A DNA stretch of 64,000 nucleotides, from assembly GCA_026417615.1 (NCBI GenBank), contig JAOACY010000033.1, positions 464 to 64,463 on the forward strand, read 5' to 3'. Shown here piece by piece: positions 36,525 to 45,726 of the stretch. Position numbers and translations under genes: made by a program. The DNA is from Clostridia bacterium. Lineage in GTDB: Bacteria > Bacillota > Clostridia > Acetivibrionales > JAFADI01. How positions within the stretch are numbered: the first letter of the stretch is position 1; each line of letters begins with the position of its first letter. The notes under the pieces were generated by a model. It saw nothing but the letters and a program-made list of their open reading frames with translations, did not search any database and had not been told where the DNA came from.

Positions 36525-37808
36525 TTACTTACACATCTGATCCTGGATTTTTCTTAATTGAAGGAGAACAGATTCACTCAGCTCAACCATGTCATAGGTA
36601 ATAATATCGCCGATATTTACATCGCGTTTTAAAACTGCGCCTTTTGCCAGACCTGCGGGCAGGAAGCCTTCTTTAGCGGCGACATCAGCATGGTCAATGC
36701 TTACACGGTAACAAAAACCGCCGATGCCATCAAGCTTTTCCCCTGCCTTCAGCTGTCTCTTGGCAATAGCTATACATTCAGATGTCAGTTTCTTCAAAGG
36801 ATGCCCTGAGGATTCCTTGTAAAGAACCGCCTGTGCTGCTGTAAGCGGCACTTCCATGGAGCAAAGGTGGAAAGGTCTGAAAAGCGTATAGTATGGTCCT
36901 TCCCCCATGTCACGCTGTATGAAGGAGGAACGGAGCCTTTTGTTTTCTGTAGTTATTGTGAGGAACACACCTGGATGCACACCTATTGCAAAATCTACCA
37001 CACCTACTTTATCAAGTACTCCGCCGTCCTTTTTGGGGCAGAAAACCTTATTAAGAGTGTCAACGGTTGACTTGGCGCCATGCATACCCTGGACATCCGG
37101 AACAAGTCCGGTGGCGTTTGACACTGCAGCCATTTCAATTGCAGTCTTTGAGCCGTCCACAAACTCGCAAAGCATGTATGCACTCATATTGCGGGCCTTT
37201 GCCTTATCTGCAAGGGTATCCGGAGTTGCCGTAATATCCAGAGGGTTATTTTTCCCCTTTCCTGCTGCAACCACTGTAAAGCCGAGAGCATTTGCAAAAC
37301 GGTACAGCTCCATGATAGCCGCGGGTTCGTCTCCTGCAGCAAGAGTGTAGATTACACCGGCATTTTCAGCCATTTGCCTTAAGATGGGTCCAACTGTAAT
37401 ATCGCACTCAACATTCATCATAACTATATGCTTCTTGTTGTTGATACATTCCAGAGTAATTGTTGCGCCCATAACCGGCGAACCTGTGCAGTCAATAACA
37501 GCCTCCGCCTGAGGAAGATGCACCGCTATTTTCCAATCGTTTGTAATAACCAGTTTGCCTGCATTAACCGCTTTTTCAGCTTCTTCCAAATCATTTGTGA
37601 TAACGTATTCTCTTTTGCATTCCGCCATTTCAAGAGACTTAACAGCAATTTCTGTGTTAAGGTCAACAATGACAGGAATCTCCATTCCCTTCATCAAGTC
37701 CACCTGGGCAATGATATCCGTACCCATCTGTCCGCAGCCTATCAAGCTTACCAATACAGGCTTTCCTGCTTTTGCACGTTCTAAAAGTCTTGCGTCAATT
37801 TCATACAT
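36525..37808 (-). CDS. NAD(P)-binding oxidoreductase with C-terminal SAF domain (COG4091-like, homoserine-dehydrogenase-like fold), cluster 1
   Basis: 427 aa. Rossmann motif LIGCGQMGTD, the conserved AAGDEPA...GKGKNNP...[10 protein letters not shown] core, and a C-terminal SAF-like AKRQLKAGEKLDGIGG. Paralog of 54976..56271. Confidence 0.7.
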   Translation of the reverse strand: MYEIDARLLERAKAGKPVLVSLIGCGQMGTDIIAQVDLMKGMEIPVIVDLNTEIAVKSLEMAECKREYVITNDLEEAEKAVNAGKLVITNDWKIAVHLPQAEAVIDCTGSPVMGATITLECINNKKHIVMMNVECDITVGPILRQMAENAGVIYTLAAGDEPAAIMELYRFANALGFTVVAAGKGKNNPLDITATPDTLADKAKARNMSAYMLCEFVDGSKTAIEMAAVSNATGLVPDVQGMHGAKSTVDTLNKVFCPKKDGGVLDKVGVVDFAIGVHPGVFLTITTENKRLRSSFIQRDMGEGPYYTLFRPFHLCSMEVPLTAAQAVLYKESSGHPLKKLTSECIAIAKRQLKAGEKLDGIGGFCYRVSIDHADVAAKEGFLPAGLAKGAVLKRDVNIGDIITYDMVELSESVLLQLRKIQDQMCK

Positions 37809-37921
37809 TTCGACTCACCTCATAAATTTAATGTTAGGAGACACTCCTCTTGGCGGTAATTTACCCAAAAATTGCCGGTGCTGCTTTTATGTTGAGGAAT
37901 GTCCCCTTTTGAAAACTTGGT

Positions 37922-38968
37922 TTAAGCCCAGGGAAGTACTGCTACTCTTAGGGCTTTGCCTTGCTCGGCATATGCTATGCCTTCAGGAATTTCATCGAGT
38001 TTTACTGTTTTTGTCACATATTTCTTAGCTGATATTCTGCCTTCTGCAATAAGTTTTACTGCCTTTAACAGTCCCGTTGAAGGATAGGAGAACGCACCGA
38101 CAACTGTAATTTCATTATAGTGAATTGTGTTGCTGTTGAGTGTTGTCATGGGGTTGTTTTTATTTACTCCTCCGAACAATACAACCCTGCCCCTCTTTCT
38201 TACCATTTCCACACCCTGCTGCTGAATAGCTGTTACAGGGGCTGCGCAAATGGCTATGTCAGCTCCCAAACCTTCTGTTATCTTCATCACCTCTTCAACC
38301 GGATTTTGAGTTGCTGAGTTTATTATATGGTCAGGGTTGAACTGGGGCACTGAATCAAGTCTTGTAAGTCCTACCATGATTATTTTAGACGCACCTCTTG
38401 CTTTAGCAACCTCAATATGCATACAGCCAATTGGTCCGTCTCCGATTATAACTACAGTATCTCCAAGGCTTACATTGTTGTATTCCTGACATGCTATTAC
38501 GGATGATGCAGGCTCAGCCATGGCTGCTTCCTGGAAGCTCAAGTGTTCCGGTACATGTTCTACGAAACCACGCCGCATTACAACGGGAGGCAGATATATG
38601 TATTGAGCAAATCCTCCAGCCCAGTTTGTGCCGAGCATTTTATGGTTCATACAGAGGTTTACCAGACCCCTCTTGCAGTAATAGCATTCCCCGCAGCTTA
38701 CATCAGGAGCAATTGCAACCTTGTCTCCGGGTTTGAATCGGGTTATGCCCTTGCCGACCTCTTCTACCACTCCTGCAATTTCATGTCCCATAATCTGCTT
38801 TTCAACACCATATCTTAAACCTGAGTGGAAATTTCTCATGTCTCCGCCGCAGATACAGCAAGCTTCAACCTTGACCAGCATACCGCCCTCTTCCACTTCT
38901 GGAATGGGCAGCTCACGCACCACCATTTTTTCAATTCCTTCAAAAACCGCAGCTTTCATTGTTCTCAT
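37922..38968 (-). CDS. Zinc-dependent alcohol/polyol dehydrogenase (MDR family), cluster 1
   Basis: GHEIAGVVEEVG catalytic Zn motif, CGECYYCKRGLVNLC structural Zn motif and GDGPIG Rossmann motif. Confidence 0.9.
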   Translation of the reverse strand: MRTMKAAVFEGIEKMVVRELPIPEVEEGGMLVKVEACCICGGDMRNFHSGLRYGVEKQIMGHEIAGVVEEVGKGITRFKPGDKVAIAPDVSCGECYYCKRGLVNLCMNHKMLGTNWAGGFAQYIYLPPVVMRRGFVEHVPEHLSFQEAAMAEPASSVIACQEYNNVSLGDTVVIIGDGPIGCMHIEVAKARGASKIIMVGLTRLDSVPQFNPDHIINSATQNPVEEVMKITEGLGADIAICAAPVTAIQQQGVEMVRKRGRVVLFGGVNKNNPMTTLNSNTIHYNEITVVGAFSYPSTGLLKAVKLIAEGRISAKKYVTKTVKLDEIPEGIAYAEQGKALRVAVLPWA

Positions 38969-38978
38969 TGAATAAACC

Positions 38979-39587
38979 TCACTTTTCTCCGCTAAGTAAT
39001 CTGTCTCCTACCGCTCCGCCAGGATGAATCACTCCGAATTGTTCTCTTGTGTAGTTGGTATAATGCATAAGCGCTATACATATGGCGTCAAATACTGCTA
39101 TAACAGCCATAGTGCTTGCAGTTGCCAGCATATTGAAGGGGCAAGGCTCTTTTTCCACCTTGATTTTTAGTAGAAGATCTGATTCCCTTGCCAGAATGGA
39201 ATCAGGATTTTCGGTGACTCCAATAAGCTTTGCATCTTTTGTTTTACAAGCAGGTATCATACTAAGTATTTCCCTTGTATTCCCGCCTTTTGAAATCAAT
39301 ATGAATACATCATCCTTCTGCAGCATTCCCAGAGCTCCATGGACTGCGTCGGAAGGGCTCAGAAAGGCTGCAGGCCTTTCAATGCAGCATAGCGAATGTG
39401 CAATTTTTTTTGCAGCCGCTCCGGAGGTTCCGCACCCGGCAATTACAATCCTTCCCTTGCAATCCCCTATTAGTTTGATTGCATCCAAAACCGCTTCTTT
39501 TGATACTGAATTAATAAGATTTGCTATTGATTGGGATTCAATTGTTAATGTGTTTGTCACACTGTTCCATAACTTGTTATTATTCAT
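38979..39587 (-). CDS. Single-SIS-domain sugar-phosphate isomerase-like protein (KpsF/GutQ N-domain-like), cluster 1
   Basis: 202 aa. GRIVIAGCGTSGAAAKKIAHSL and ISKGGNT motifs. Confidence 0.8.
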   Translation of the reverse strand: MNNNKLWNSVTNTLTIESQSIANLINSVSKEAVLDAIKLIGDCKGRIVIAGCGTSGAAAKKIAHSLCCIERPAAFLSPSDAVHGALGMLQKDDVFILISKGGNTREILSMIPACKTKDAKLIGVTENPDSILARESDLLLKIKVEKEPCPFNMLATASTMAVIAVFDAICIALMHYTNYTREQFGVIHPGGAVGDRLLSGEK

Positions 39588-39609
39588 TTTGACCCCTCAT
39601 TTTATTAAA

Positions 39610-40200
39610 TCACAACTCCACCTTCGCCGGTTTTTTTCTGTTTATGCCGTCCCAATCATAGCGGGGAGTATCCTGATTTGCAAATTTAAAGCCATTTTTC
39701 TTATATTCTTCATAATTAAAATTATCAATTTCATCATGAGCAAACTTGTGATATTCATAGAATGTATCCCACCACTCATAGCCCGAACCAAGCTCGTTAT
39801 TTAAGAAGGCCTCAGCAATTTCAATTCCCATCTGAGGGGCGACATAATACCCGCCCATACACATAACATTTACACCGTTGCCTGTTATAGCGCGCAGTGC
39901 CGCAGGCACGCTTTCCACGACCGCAGCCTGAACACGGGGAACCTTGTTGGCTGCGAGATGAACACCCATACCGGTGCCGCAGAACAAAATGGCTCTGTCA
40001 AACTCTCCCTCGCTGACCATTGACGCTGCGCGTATTGCCATGCGGTGGAAAATTTCAACACCTTCGCCAATAGTGTCTTTCACTCCAATATCAGTTACTT
40101 CCCAGCCTTTTTTCTTCAGGTGCTCAACTACAGCCTCCTTCAGATGAAAACCCGCCACGTCCGCAGCAACAAGAATCTGCTTATTCTTGTACGATTTCAT
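39610..40200 (-). CDS. RpiB/LacA/LacB-family sugar-phosphate isomerase with a C-terminal extension
   Basis: I prefer ATG 40200 (RBS GGAAAGGGG). The N-terminal 47 aa of track ORF 39610..40341 are AT-rich read-through. FCGTGMGVHLAANKVPRVQAAV is the RpiB motif. There is about 45 aa of extra C-terminal sequence. Confidence 0.8.
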   Translation of the reverse strand: MKSYKNKQILVAADVAGFHLKEAVVEHLKKKGWEVTDIGVKDTIGEGVEIFHRMAIRAASMVSEGEFDRAILFCGTGMGVHLAANKVPRVQAAVVESVPAALRAITGNGVNVMCMGGYYVAPQMGIEIAEAFLNNELGSGYEWWDTFYEYHKFAHDEIDNFNYEEYKKNGFKFANQDTPRYDWDGINRKKPAKVEL

Positions 40201-40276
40201 AATTTTAACCCCTTTCCAGATAAATTTTACTAACTTGGTAGATTTGACGTTGATTAAGTATATATCCATTATATAC

Positions 40277-40312
40277 TTTTCATTTTTAATAATCAATATG
40301 TAAAAATGAAAA
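40277..40312. promoter_or_regulatory. 12-bp perfect inverted repeat upstream of the cluster-1 operon (candidate operator)
   Basis: TTTTCATTTTTA-12 nt-TAAAAATGAAAA, 77-112 nt upstream of the rpiB-like start. The AT-rich context weakens its significance. Confidence 0.3.
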
Positions 40313-40472
40313 TTAATTATTAATATAAATAAGTTGTCCAATTAATTATATTGCTAATATTCTGTTATGTTAGCGTTTTGTAATGTAGTTTTATTGTGTT
40401 TTATTCTTTATTTAGTGTAATGTTTTTAATTTATTAATTATATTTTGAAAATATTTTTATTAAAGGAACGTT

Positions 40473-40530
40473 AAAAAGAGACGATTTTTAAATCGCTTCT
40501 CCAAGAACTATTTAAAAATCGTCTCTTTTT
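40473..40530. terminator. Bidirectional terminator after the ABC transporter operon
   Basis: AAAAAGAGACGATTTTTAAA-18 nt-TTTAAAAATCGTCTCTTTTT: 20-bp perfect inverted repeat, 12 nt past the permease stop. Confidence 0.7.
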
Positions 40531-40541
40531 GAGACTTATGC

Positions 40542-41534
40542 CTAATTTTCAACTCTTATATGTCTTTTTTCAATCTTTGAAATCTCCCTGCTCCTTATGC
40601 TGTCCAGGAATACTGCCACAAATATTACCGCCGCCTGGATAAGGGGCTGGATGTACATATCCACCTGGGTGTATACCAATCCCGCCTGAACCATCTGTAT
40701 AAGGATGGTGCCGATGACAGCTCCGGGGAATATTGTGCCGATGCCTCCAAAAAGGCTTGTTCCGCCGAGAACAGCAGCAGCTATGGCATCGAATTCATCA
40801 CCGTCGCCAAAACCCGCGTTTACAATTCCCATCTGTGAAACTGAAACTATCCCGGCAATTGCAGCAAGCAATCCGCTGATAATATAAACAAAAGCAATGC
40901 TCCTGTCTGTATTCAAGCCAGCCTTCTTAGCAGCCTCAGGGTCGTTACCGATAGCATATATCTGACGCCCCATGGGGAAGAATTTCAAGAAAAGGTGAGC
41001 TATAAGGGCTATTACTGCATATATGATAATTGGCACTGGCAGTCCCACAACTCTTACTGCTCCCCAGTTTGAAATACTCTCTGGAAGCGTGACGCCCTGT
41101 GACTTTGTTATAAGAAGTCCCAAACCTCTTCCCGCAACCAATGTACTTAAGGTTACAAGGAATGGGAGGATTCTAAGCTTAACAATAAAGAAGGCATTTA
41201 TTCCGCCGTATAGTGTGCCTACCAGCACTGCACACAGCAACGCCAGCCATATGGGCGCATTCAAATCTCGTATAAGGAGACCTGCAATCGATGCCGAAAG
41301 GAACATATTTGAACCTACCGAAAGGTCAATTCCTGCGGTCAGAAGCACAAAGGTCATGCCCACGGTTACAATTCCAATATAGGAAGCACTTGTTGCAATG
41401 TTTTCAAAATTTTCATACTGAAAAAACTTTGGGGATAGAATACCAAAAATAATAAATATACAAACAAACAGTATGAATGGTGTGTTTTTCAGTATAGCCA
41501 GTTTAAACTTGATTGCTGTTTTTGACATATACAT
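40542..41534 (-). CDS. Sugar ABC transporter permease (CUT2/RbsC-like), second permease
   Basis: 330 aa polytopic protein with BPD_transp_2-like pattern (GIDLSVGS...). Confidence 0.85.
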   Translation of the reverse strand: MYMSKTAIKFKLAILKNTPFILFVCIFIIFGILSPKFFQYENFENIATSASYIGIVTVGMTFVLLTAGIDLSVGSNMFLSASIAGLLIRDLNAPIWLALLCAVLVGTLYGGINAFFIVKLRILPFLVTLSTLVAGRGLGLLITKSQGVTLPESISNWGAVRVVGLPVPIIIYAVIALIAHLFLKFFPMGRQIYAIGNDPEAAKKAGLNTDRSIAFVYIISGLLAAIAGIVSVSQMGIVNAGFGDGDEFDAIAAAVLGGTSLFGGIGTIFPGAVIGTILIQMVQAGLVYTQVDMYIQPLIQAAVIFVAVFLDSIRSREISKIEKRHIRVEN

Positions 41535-41581
41535 TTACTCCTTTTCGCTTGATTAGTTATAGCCTGAAACTTTATCAGGTT

Positions 41582-43096
41582 TCAACACCTGACATTCTGC
41601 CTGAATGCAGAACCTACTATTCTTTCCTTATCAAATTCGCTGGCCGAAAACTCTCCGACAATCTCGCCCTTGCTCATTACAAGGATTCTGTCACACACAC
41701 CTATAAGCTCTTCTATCTCCGAGGATATGATTAAAACTCCCGAGCCCTCTGACGCAAACTGGTTCAGTATGGTATATACTTCATACTTGGCACCTACATC
41801 AATACCACGTGTAGGCTCATCAACCATGAATATTTTAGGTTTGGCCATTACCCATTTCCCTATAACCACCTTCTGCTGATTTCCTCCGCTCAGGCTCTTT
41901 GGGGCTGTTTTCTCCACCGGCCCTGATTTAACTTTAAGCATCTTCACAACATCTTTAATTGACTCTGTAACTTTTTTTGAATCAACTATCTTTAAGATTG
42001 TTTTTGCATATTCCCTAAGAGAAACCAGCTGAATATTGTCTAAAATCGTTGAATGCATCAAAAGGCCCTCTTCACGTCTGTTTTCAGTAACAAATGCAAT
42101 TCTGTTCCTGATACTGTTCTGTGGTGAGGATTTTGTTATCTTTTTGCCATCTACAGCAATCTCACCGCTTTCATACGGGTCCAGTCCGAATATTATCCTT
42201 GCCATTTCAGTTCTTCCCGAACCCATAAGGCCAAACACCCCAAGAATTTCACCCTTGTGAAGCTTAAAGCTGACATCATGGATCGTTCCGGACTGGGACA
42301 GGTTACTTACCTCCAGCACAACTTCGTTTGAAGGCTTCGAAGTGCGTTCAGGATACATTTGCTCCAGATCTCTTCCAACCATTGAGGACACCATCCTTTG
42401 AATTGAGAAATCCTGCTTAGCTCCCTTATCTGTTACCTCTCCGTCTTTCAGCACAACAATATCATCCACCAGATTAAGAACATCATCCAGAATATGAGAT
42501 ATATAAATCATTGAAATTCCCTGATCCCTCAGCTTATTTATAAGCTCGAAGAGCTTCTTAGTCTCACGGGCTGTCAGAGAAGTGGTAGGTTCGTCAAATA
42601 TTATAATATCAGGCTTGCTGCTCAATGCCTTCGCGATTTCCACCAGCTGACGTTCTCCCGGCGAGAGCTTCTCCACCAGGATATCCGGGGACAGCTTTAG
42701 ATCTATGGAATCCAGAAGCTCTCTTGTTTTTGTTCTTATAGCACCTTTTGATATAACAGGAAGACGCCCTATGGTCGGAAAACTGCTTATATAAATATTT
42801 TCTTCAATGCTCAGGTTTGTAAAAAGGTTAAGCTCCTGATGAATAAAGGTAATCCCCGCATCAGTGGCTTCGCCTGGGCCGTCAGGCTGATATTCCTCAC
42901 CCTTTAGCACCATGCTTCCTTCATCAGCCTTGATAACACCACCTATTATATTCATCATGGTTGATTTTCCTGCGCCGTTTTCGCCTATCAAACCCAGCAT
43001 TTTACCCTTTCTGAGCTCAAGGTTAATATTCTTGAGGGCAGGAACACCAAAAAAGTATTTGCTTATGTTTTTTAACTGCAAAATATATTCGCTCAT
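41582..43096 (-). CDS. Sugar ABC transporter ATP-binding protein (two fused ATPase domains, RbsA/MglA-like)
   Basis: Walker A GENGAGKST and GLMGSGRTE, signatures LSPGERQ and LSGGNQQKV. ATG 43096 with AGGTG RBS, 1 nt after the upstream stop. Confidence 0.9.
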   Translation of the reverse strand: MSEYILQLKNISKYFFGVPALKNINLELRKGKMLGLIGENGAGKSTMMNIIGGVIKADEGSMVLKGEEYQPDGPGEATDAGITFIHQELNLFTNLSIEENIYISSFPTIGRLPVISKGAIRTKTRELLDSIDLKLSPDILVEKLSPGERQLVEIAKALSSKPDIIIFDEPTTSLTARETKKLFELINKLRDQGISMIYISHILDDVLNLVDDIVVLKDGEVTDKGAKQDFSIQRMVSSMVGRDLEQMYPERTSKPSNEVVLEVSNLSQSGTIHDVSFKLHKGEILGVFGLMGSGRTEMARIIFGLDPYESGEIAVDGKKITKSSPQNSIRNRIAFVTENRREEGLLMHSTILDNIQLVSLREYAKTILKIVDSKKVTESIKDVVKMLKVKSGPVEKTAPKSLSGGNQQKVVIGKWVMAKPKIFMVDEPTRGIDVGAKYEVYTILNQFASEGSGVLIISSEIEELIGVCDRILVMSKGEIVGEFSASEFDKERIVGSAFRQNVRC

Positions 43097-43097
43097 A

Positions 43098-44228
43098 TTA
43101 TGCACCTGCCTTCTCCACTTTGGTATCGTTGGCCTGTATCTTCGTCCTTATTACATCAAACAAAGCTGCCAAAAGTATGATTAAACCTTTTACAATGTTT
43201 ATAGTGAAAGTATCCAGGTTGAAAAGATTCAACACATTTGTCAAAAGAACAAAGAAAAGCACGCCGAAGAAGGTCCACAGAACCTTTCCTTTTCCTCCGA
43301 ACATACTGGTTCCTCCTATTATTGTGGCACCAACTATATCCATAAGAAGTGTCTGCCCAAGTGTAGGCCTTCCCATTTCCAGCCTTCCGGAATAAATTAC
43401 GGAAGCAAATGCTGCGCAGAAACCGCTGAATGCATATACAAACATTATAACGCCGTCTCTGGGAACACCTGATACGACAGAGGCTTTTACATTTGACCCT
43501 ACAGCATAAATCCATTTTCCGAGGACTGTCTTGCTAAGGAGCAGCTGACTCAGTACACACAAAACAATAGTTATTATCATTGCAACAGGAATGAATCCAA
43601 TCTTCCCTTTTCCTATTTCAGTAAAGGCTTTTGGAATACCGATTATGTTGTTTGATTTTGTAAGGAATATTGCCAGGTTGTAAACAAACAGCTGTGTTAC
43701 AAGCGTAACCATGAAAGGGGGCATTTTAAGCTTGGCGATAAAATAGCCGTTTATCAGTCCGATGAGTGAACCTACCAGCAGCATCATAAGTATTCCAACG
43801 GGAACAGCCCACATACTGTTTGCCATAATGCCGCCGTTTTCAGATATTACCGTTCCCCACAAGGGTGAATCCGACAACACATTGGGGTCAATCCTGTTGG
43901 ACATGAATAGCGCTCCGATAACACTTGTCATTCCTATTACAGATATCTGGGATAAATCTATTCCCGCAATAAGAAGCACAAGGGTTTGGCCCACGCAAAC
44001 GGCCAGCAGCGGCCAAATGAAGTCAAAAATATTGTTAAGGTTACGTGAGGATGCTATGTTCGGTATTACAGGAAGCATGACAATAAACCAAAGAATGCTC
44101 AGATAAAGCACAAAGTATTCGGAAACCATTATGCGCTTTATACCCTGTCTCAAATCCGGTATGCGGAACATTCTTTTTTCGGGATTTTCTTGAAGCTTTG
44201 TGTCCATAGGATTTTTACGTGCGCTCAC
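43098..44228 (-). CDS. Sugar ABC transporter permease (CUT2/RbsC-like), first permease
   Basis: 376 aa polytopic protein with a GIDLSQIS motif. GTG start with GGAGGAG RBS. Confidence 0.85.
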   Translation of the reverse strand: MSARKNPMDTKLQENPEKRMFRIPDLRQGIKRIMVSEYFVLYLSILWFIVMLPVIPNIASSRNLNNIFDFIWPLLAVCVGQTLVLLIAGIDLSQISVIGMTSVIGALFMSNRIDPNVLSDSPLWGTVISENGGIMANSMWAVPVGILMMLLVGSLIGLINGYFIAKLKMPPFMVTLVTQLFVYNLAIFLTKSNNIIGIPKAFTEIGKGKIGFIPVAMIITIVLCVLSQLLLSKTVLGKWIYAVGSNVKASVVSGVPRDGVIMFVYAFSGFCAAFASVIYSGRLEMGRPTLGQTLLMDIVGATIIGGTSMFGGKGKVLWTFFGVLFFVLLTNVLNLFNLDTFTINIVKGLIILLAALFDVIRTKIQANDTKVEKAGA

Positions 44229-44440
44229 GTTATCTCTCCTCCATATCTATTTAACTAGACCTAAGTCTTATTTTTCGTCGTTATAAGTGAAATGACGTTT
44301 CCCAAATAACTTTTTCCATTTAATCTACTCAACTTATCATCTTGATATAGTTGCAAAATACCAGGAATAGCGTATTTAAAGTTTAGAACTTATCTCAATA
44401 AGCATGGCCTCGAAGCAGAGGTGTGTCCCCAAACATTGTT

Positions 44441-44468
44441 GAAGGGGAAGTTTGTAAGCCTCCCCCTC
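44441..44468 (-). other. Stable stem-loop without a U-tract inside the 267-nt spacer between the binding-protein and permease genes
   Basis: Minus strand reads GAGGGGGAGG-cttacaaa-CTTCCCCTTC: 10 bp including two G-U pairs. Confidence 0.35.
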
Positions 44469-44495
44469 CATTTAAACATGCCCAATCAAACTGCC

Positions 44496-45560
44496 TTATT
44501 TAATTTCGCCTTTGTCCTTACGGAGCTTGTTGCCCCACATGTCAAGCCTTCTGTCTTTCATGTTGGCTTGTGTCAATGCAAACCCAGGGTCATCAATCCA
44601 TTGATTAGGAGTCTTGTCGCCTTTTGAAATAGCATCCAGCATTGCATCTAAAAGAGCCTGTGCTTCATAATAAAGGTCCTGAACACCGGTTGCATCTACA
44701 TAACCTTCATCCATCAAACGACCTGCAGTTGAGTCTCCGTCAAGACCTGCCAGCATTACGTGTCCTGGTTCGCCAATCTTCTTCCATTTTCCCATAGGCT
44801 CAAGAACTGATTTGATCTGTGGGTAGAGGAAGTCGGAGGATGTAAATATGAAGTCTACATTAGGATTTGCCTGCATAGCACTCTTCAGGTTTGCAAGTGC
44901 AGTGGGAGCATCCCACTTTGTAGGAACTTCTATTGGCTTTTCGAAAAGGTCAGGATTCTTTTCTATTACATTGTAGAAGCCTTTCTTACGTCCAACTGCG
45001 TTGGGGTCTCCAAGGTCTCCCACCATTATAAGAGGTTTCATTTTCTTATTGAGCTTTTTAGCTTCTTCAGCCATATATCCTACTGCCTGTTCAGCTATTT
45101 TCTCATTGTTGGCAACAACTACGAGAGATTTTGCATCCTTGTTTGAGGGAGGTCTGTTGAACACGCCGATGGGAACACCAGCTTCATTGCATACCTTGGA
45201 AATTGCAACTGCACTTTCGCCGTCCTGAGGTATTATTATAATACCGTCAACCTTTTGTGCTATAACGTCCTTGGCCTGCTCAAGCTGCTTGTTTGCATCT
45301 TCATTTGCATTACGCTCGATAACCTTGATGCCTTTTGCTTTGAGAGTTTCAGTGATAGCTTTGTGTCCCGCTACCCAGAACTCAGTTTCAAGATCCTGGA
45401 ACAAAAATGCGATTGTGATTTCCTTCTTTGCGTCAGTCTTTGCAGCAGTGGTTTCACTCTTGCTTTCAGCAGCCTTGTCGGGTGCCTTTGTCGATCCGCA
45501 GCCTGCGAAAATGGTTACAACCATAATCAGGGCTACTGCGAGTGCTAAATACCTTTTCAT
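44496..45560 (-). CDS. Sugar ABC transporter substrate-binding lipoprotein (RbsB-like, type I PBP)
   Basis: Lipobox IFAGCGS and a Peripla_BP-like body; 354 aa. Confidence 0.85.
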   Translation of the reverse strand: MKRYLALAVALIMVVTIFAGCGSTKAPDKAAESKSETTAAKTDAKKEITIAFLFQDLETEFWVAGHKAITETLKAKGIKVIERNANEDANKQLEQAKDVIAQKVDGIIIIPQDGESAVAISKVCNEAGVPIGVFNRPPSNKDAKSLVVVANNEKIAEQAVGYMAEEAKKLNKKMKPLIMVGDLGDPNAVGRKKGFYNVIEKNPDLFEKPIEVPTKWDAPTALANLKSAMQANPNVDFIFTSSDFLYPQIKSVLEPMGKWKKIGEPGHVMLAGLDGDSTAGRLMDEGYVDATGVQDLYYEAQALLDAMLDAISKGDKTPNQWIDDPGFALTQANMKDRRLDMWGNKLRKDKGEIK

Positions 45561-45591
45561 TCTTTGGTTCCCCCTTGTAATGAATTTTAAA

Positions 45592-45625
45592 AAGCGTTGC
45601 TTTTGATATGATTATAGCAACGCTT
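45592..45625 (-). terminator. Hairpin/terminator between the sensor binding-protein genes and the ABC operon
   Basis: Minus strand reads AAGCGTTGC-16 nt-GCAACGCTT followed by TTTTAAAATT. Confidence 0.5.
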
Positions 45626-45726
45626 CTCTTTTACTTTAATGAGGGTAAACTTAGAATAACAGGTCAGTTTTTTTTAGGTTTTTTCATTTTTTGATATTAT
45701 GTTTTGAAATTTAATGCTGATTATAC

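Noticed and set aside
39610-40341. Long N-terminal extensions in track ORFs 39610..40341, 59293..60255, 53910..55049, 7820..8326, 29812..30432 and 45727..47040.
   Set aside because: The upstream parts are AT-rich read-through or overlap the preceding gene. Internal ATGs with proper GGAGG-like RBS give family-typical N-termini, so I trimmed the starts accordingly.
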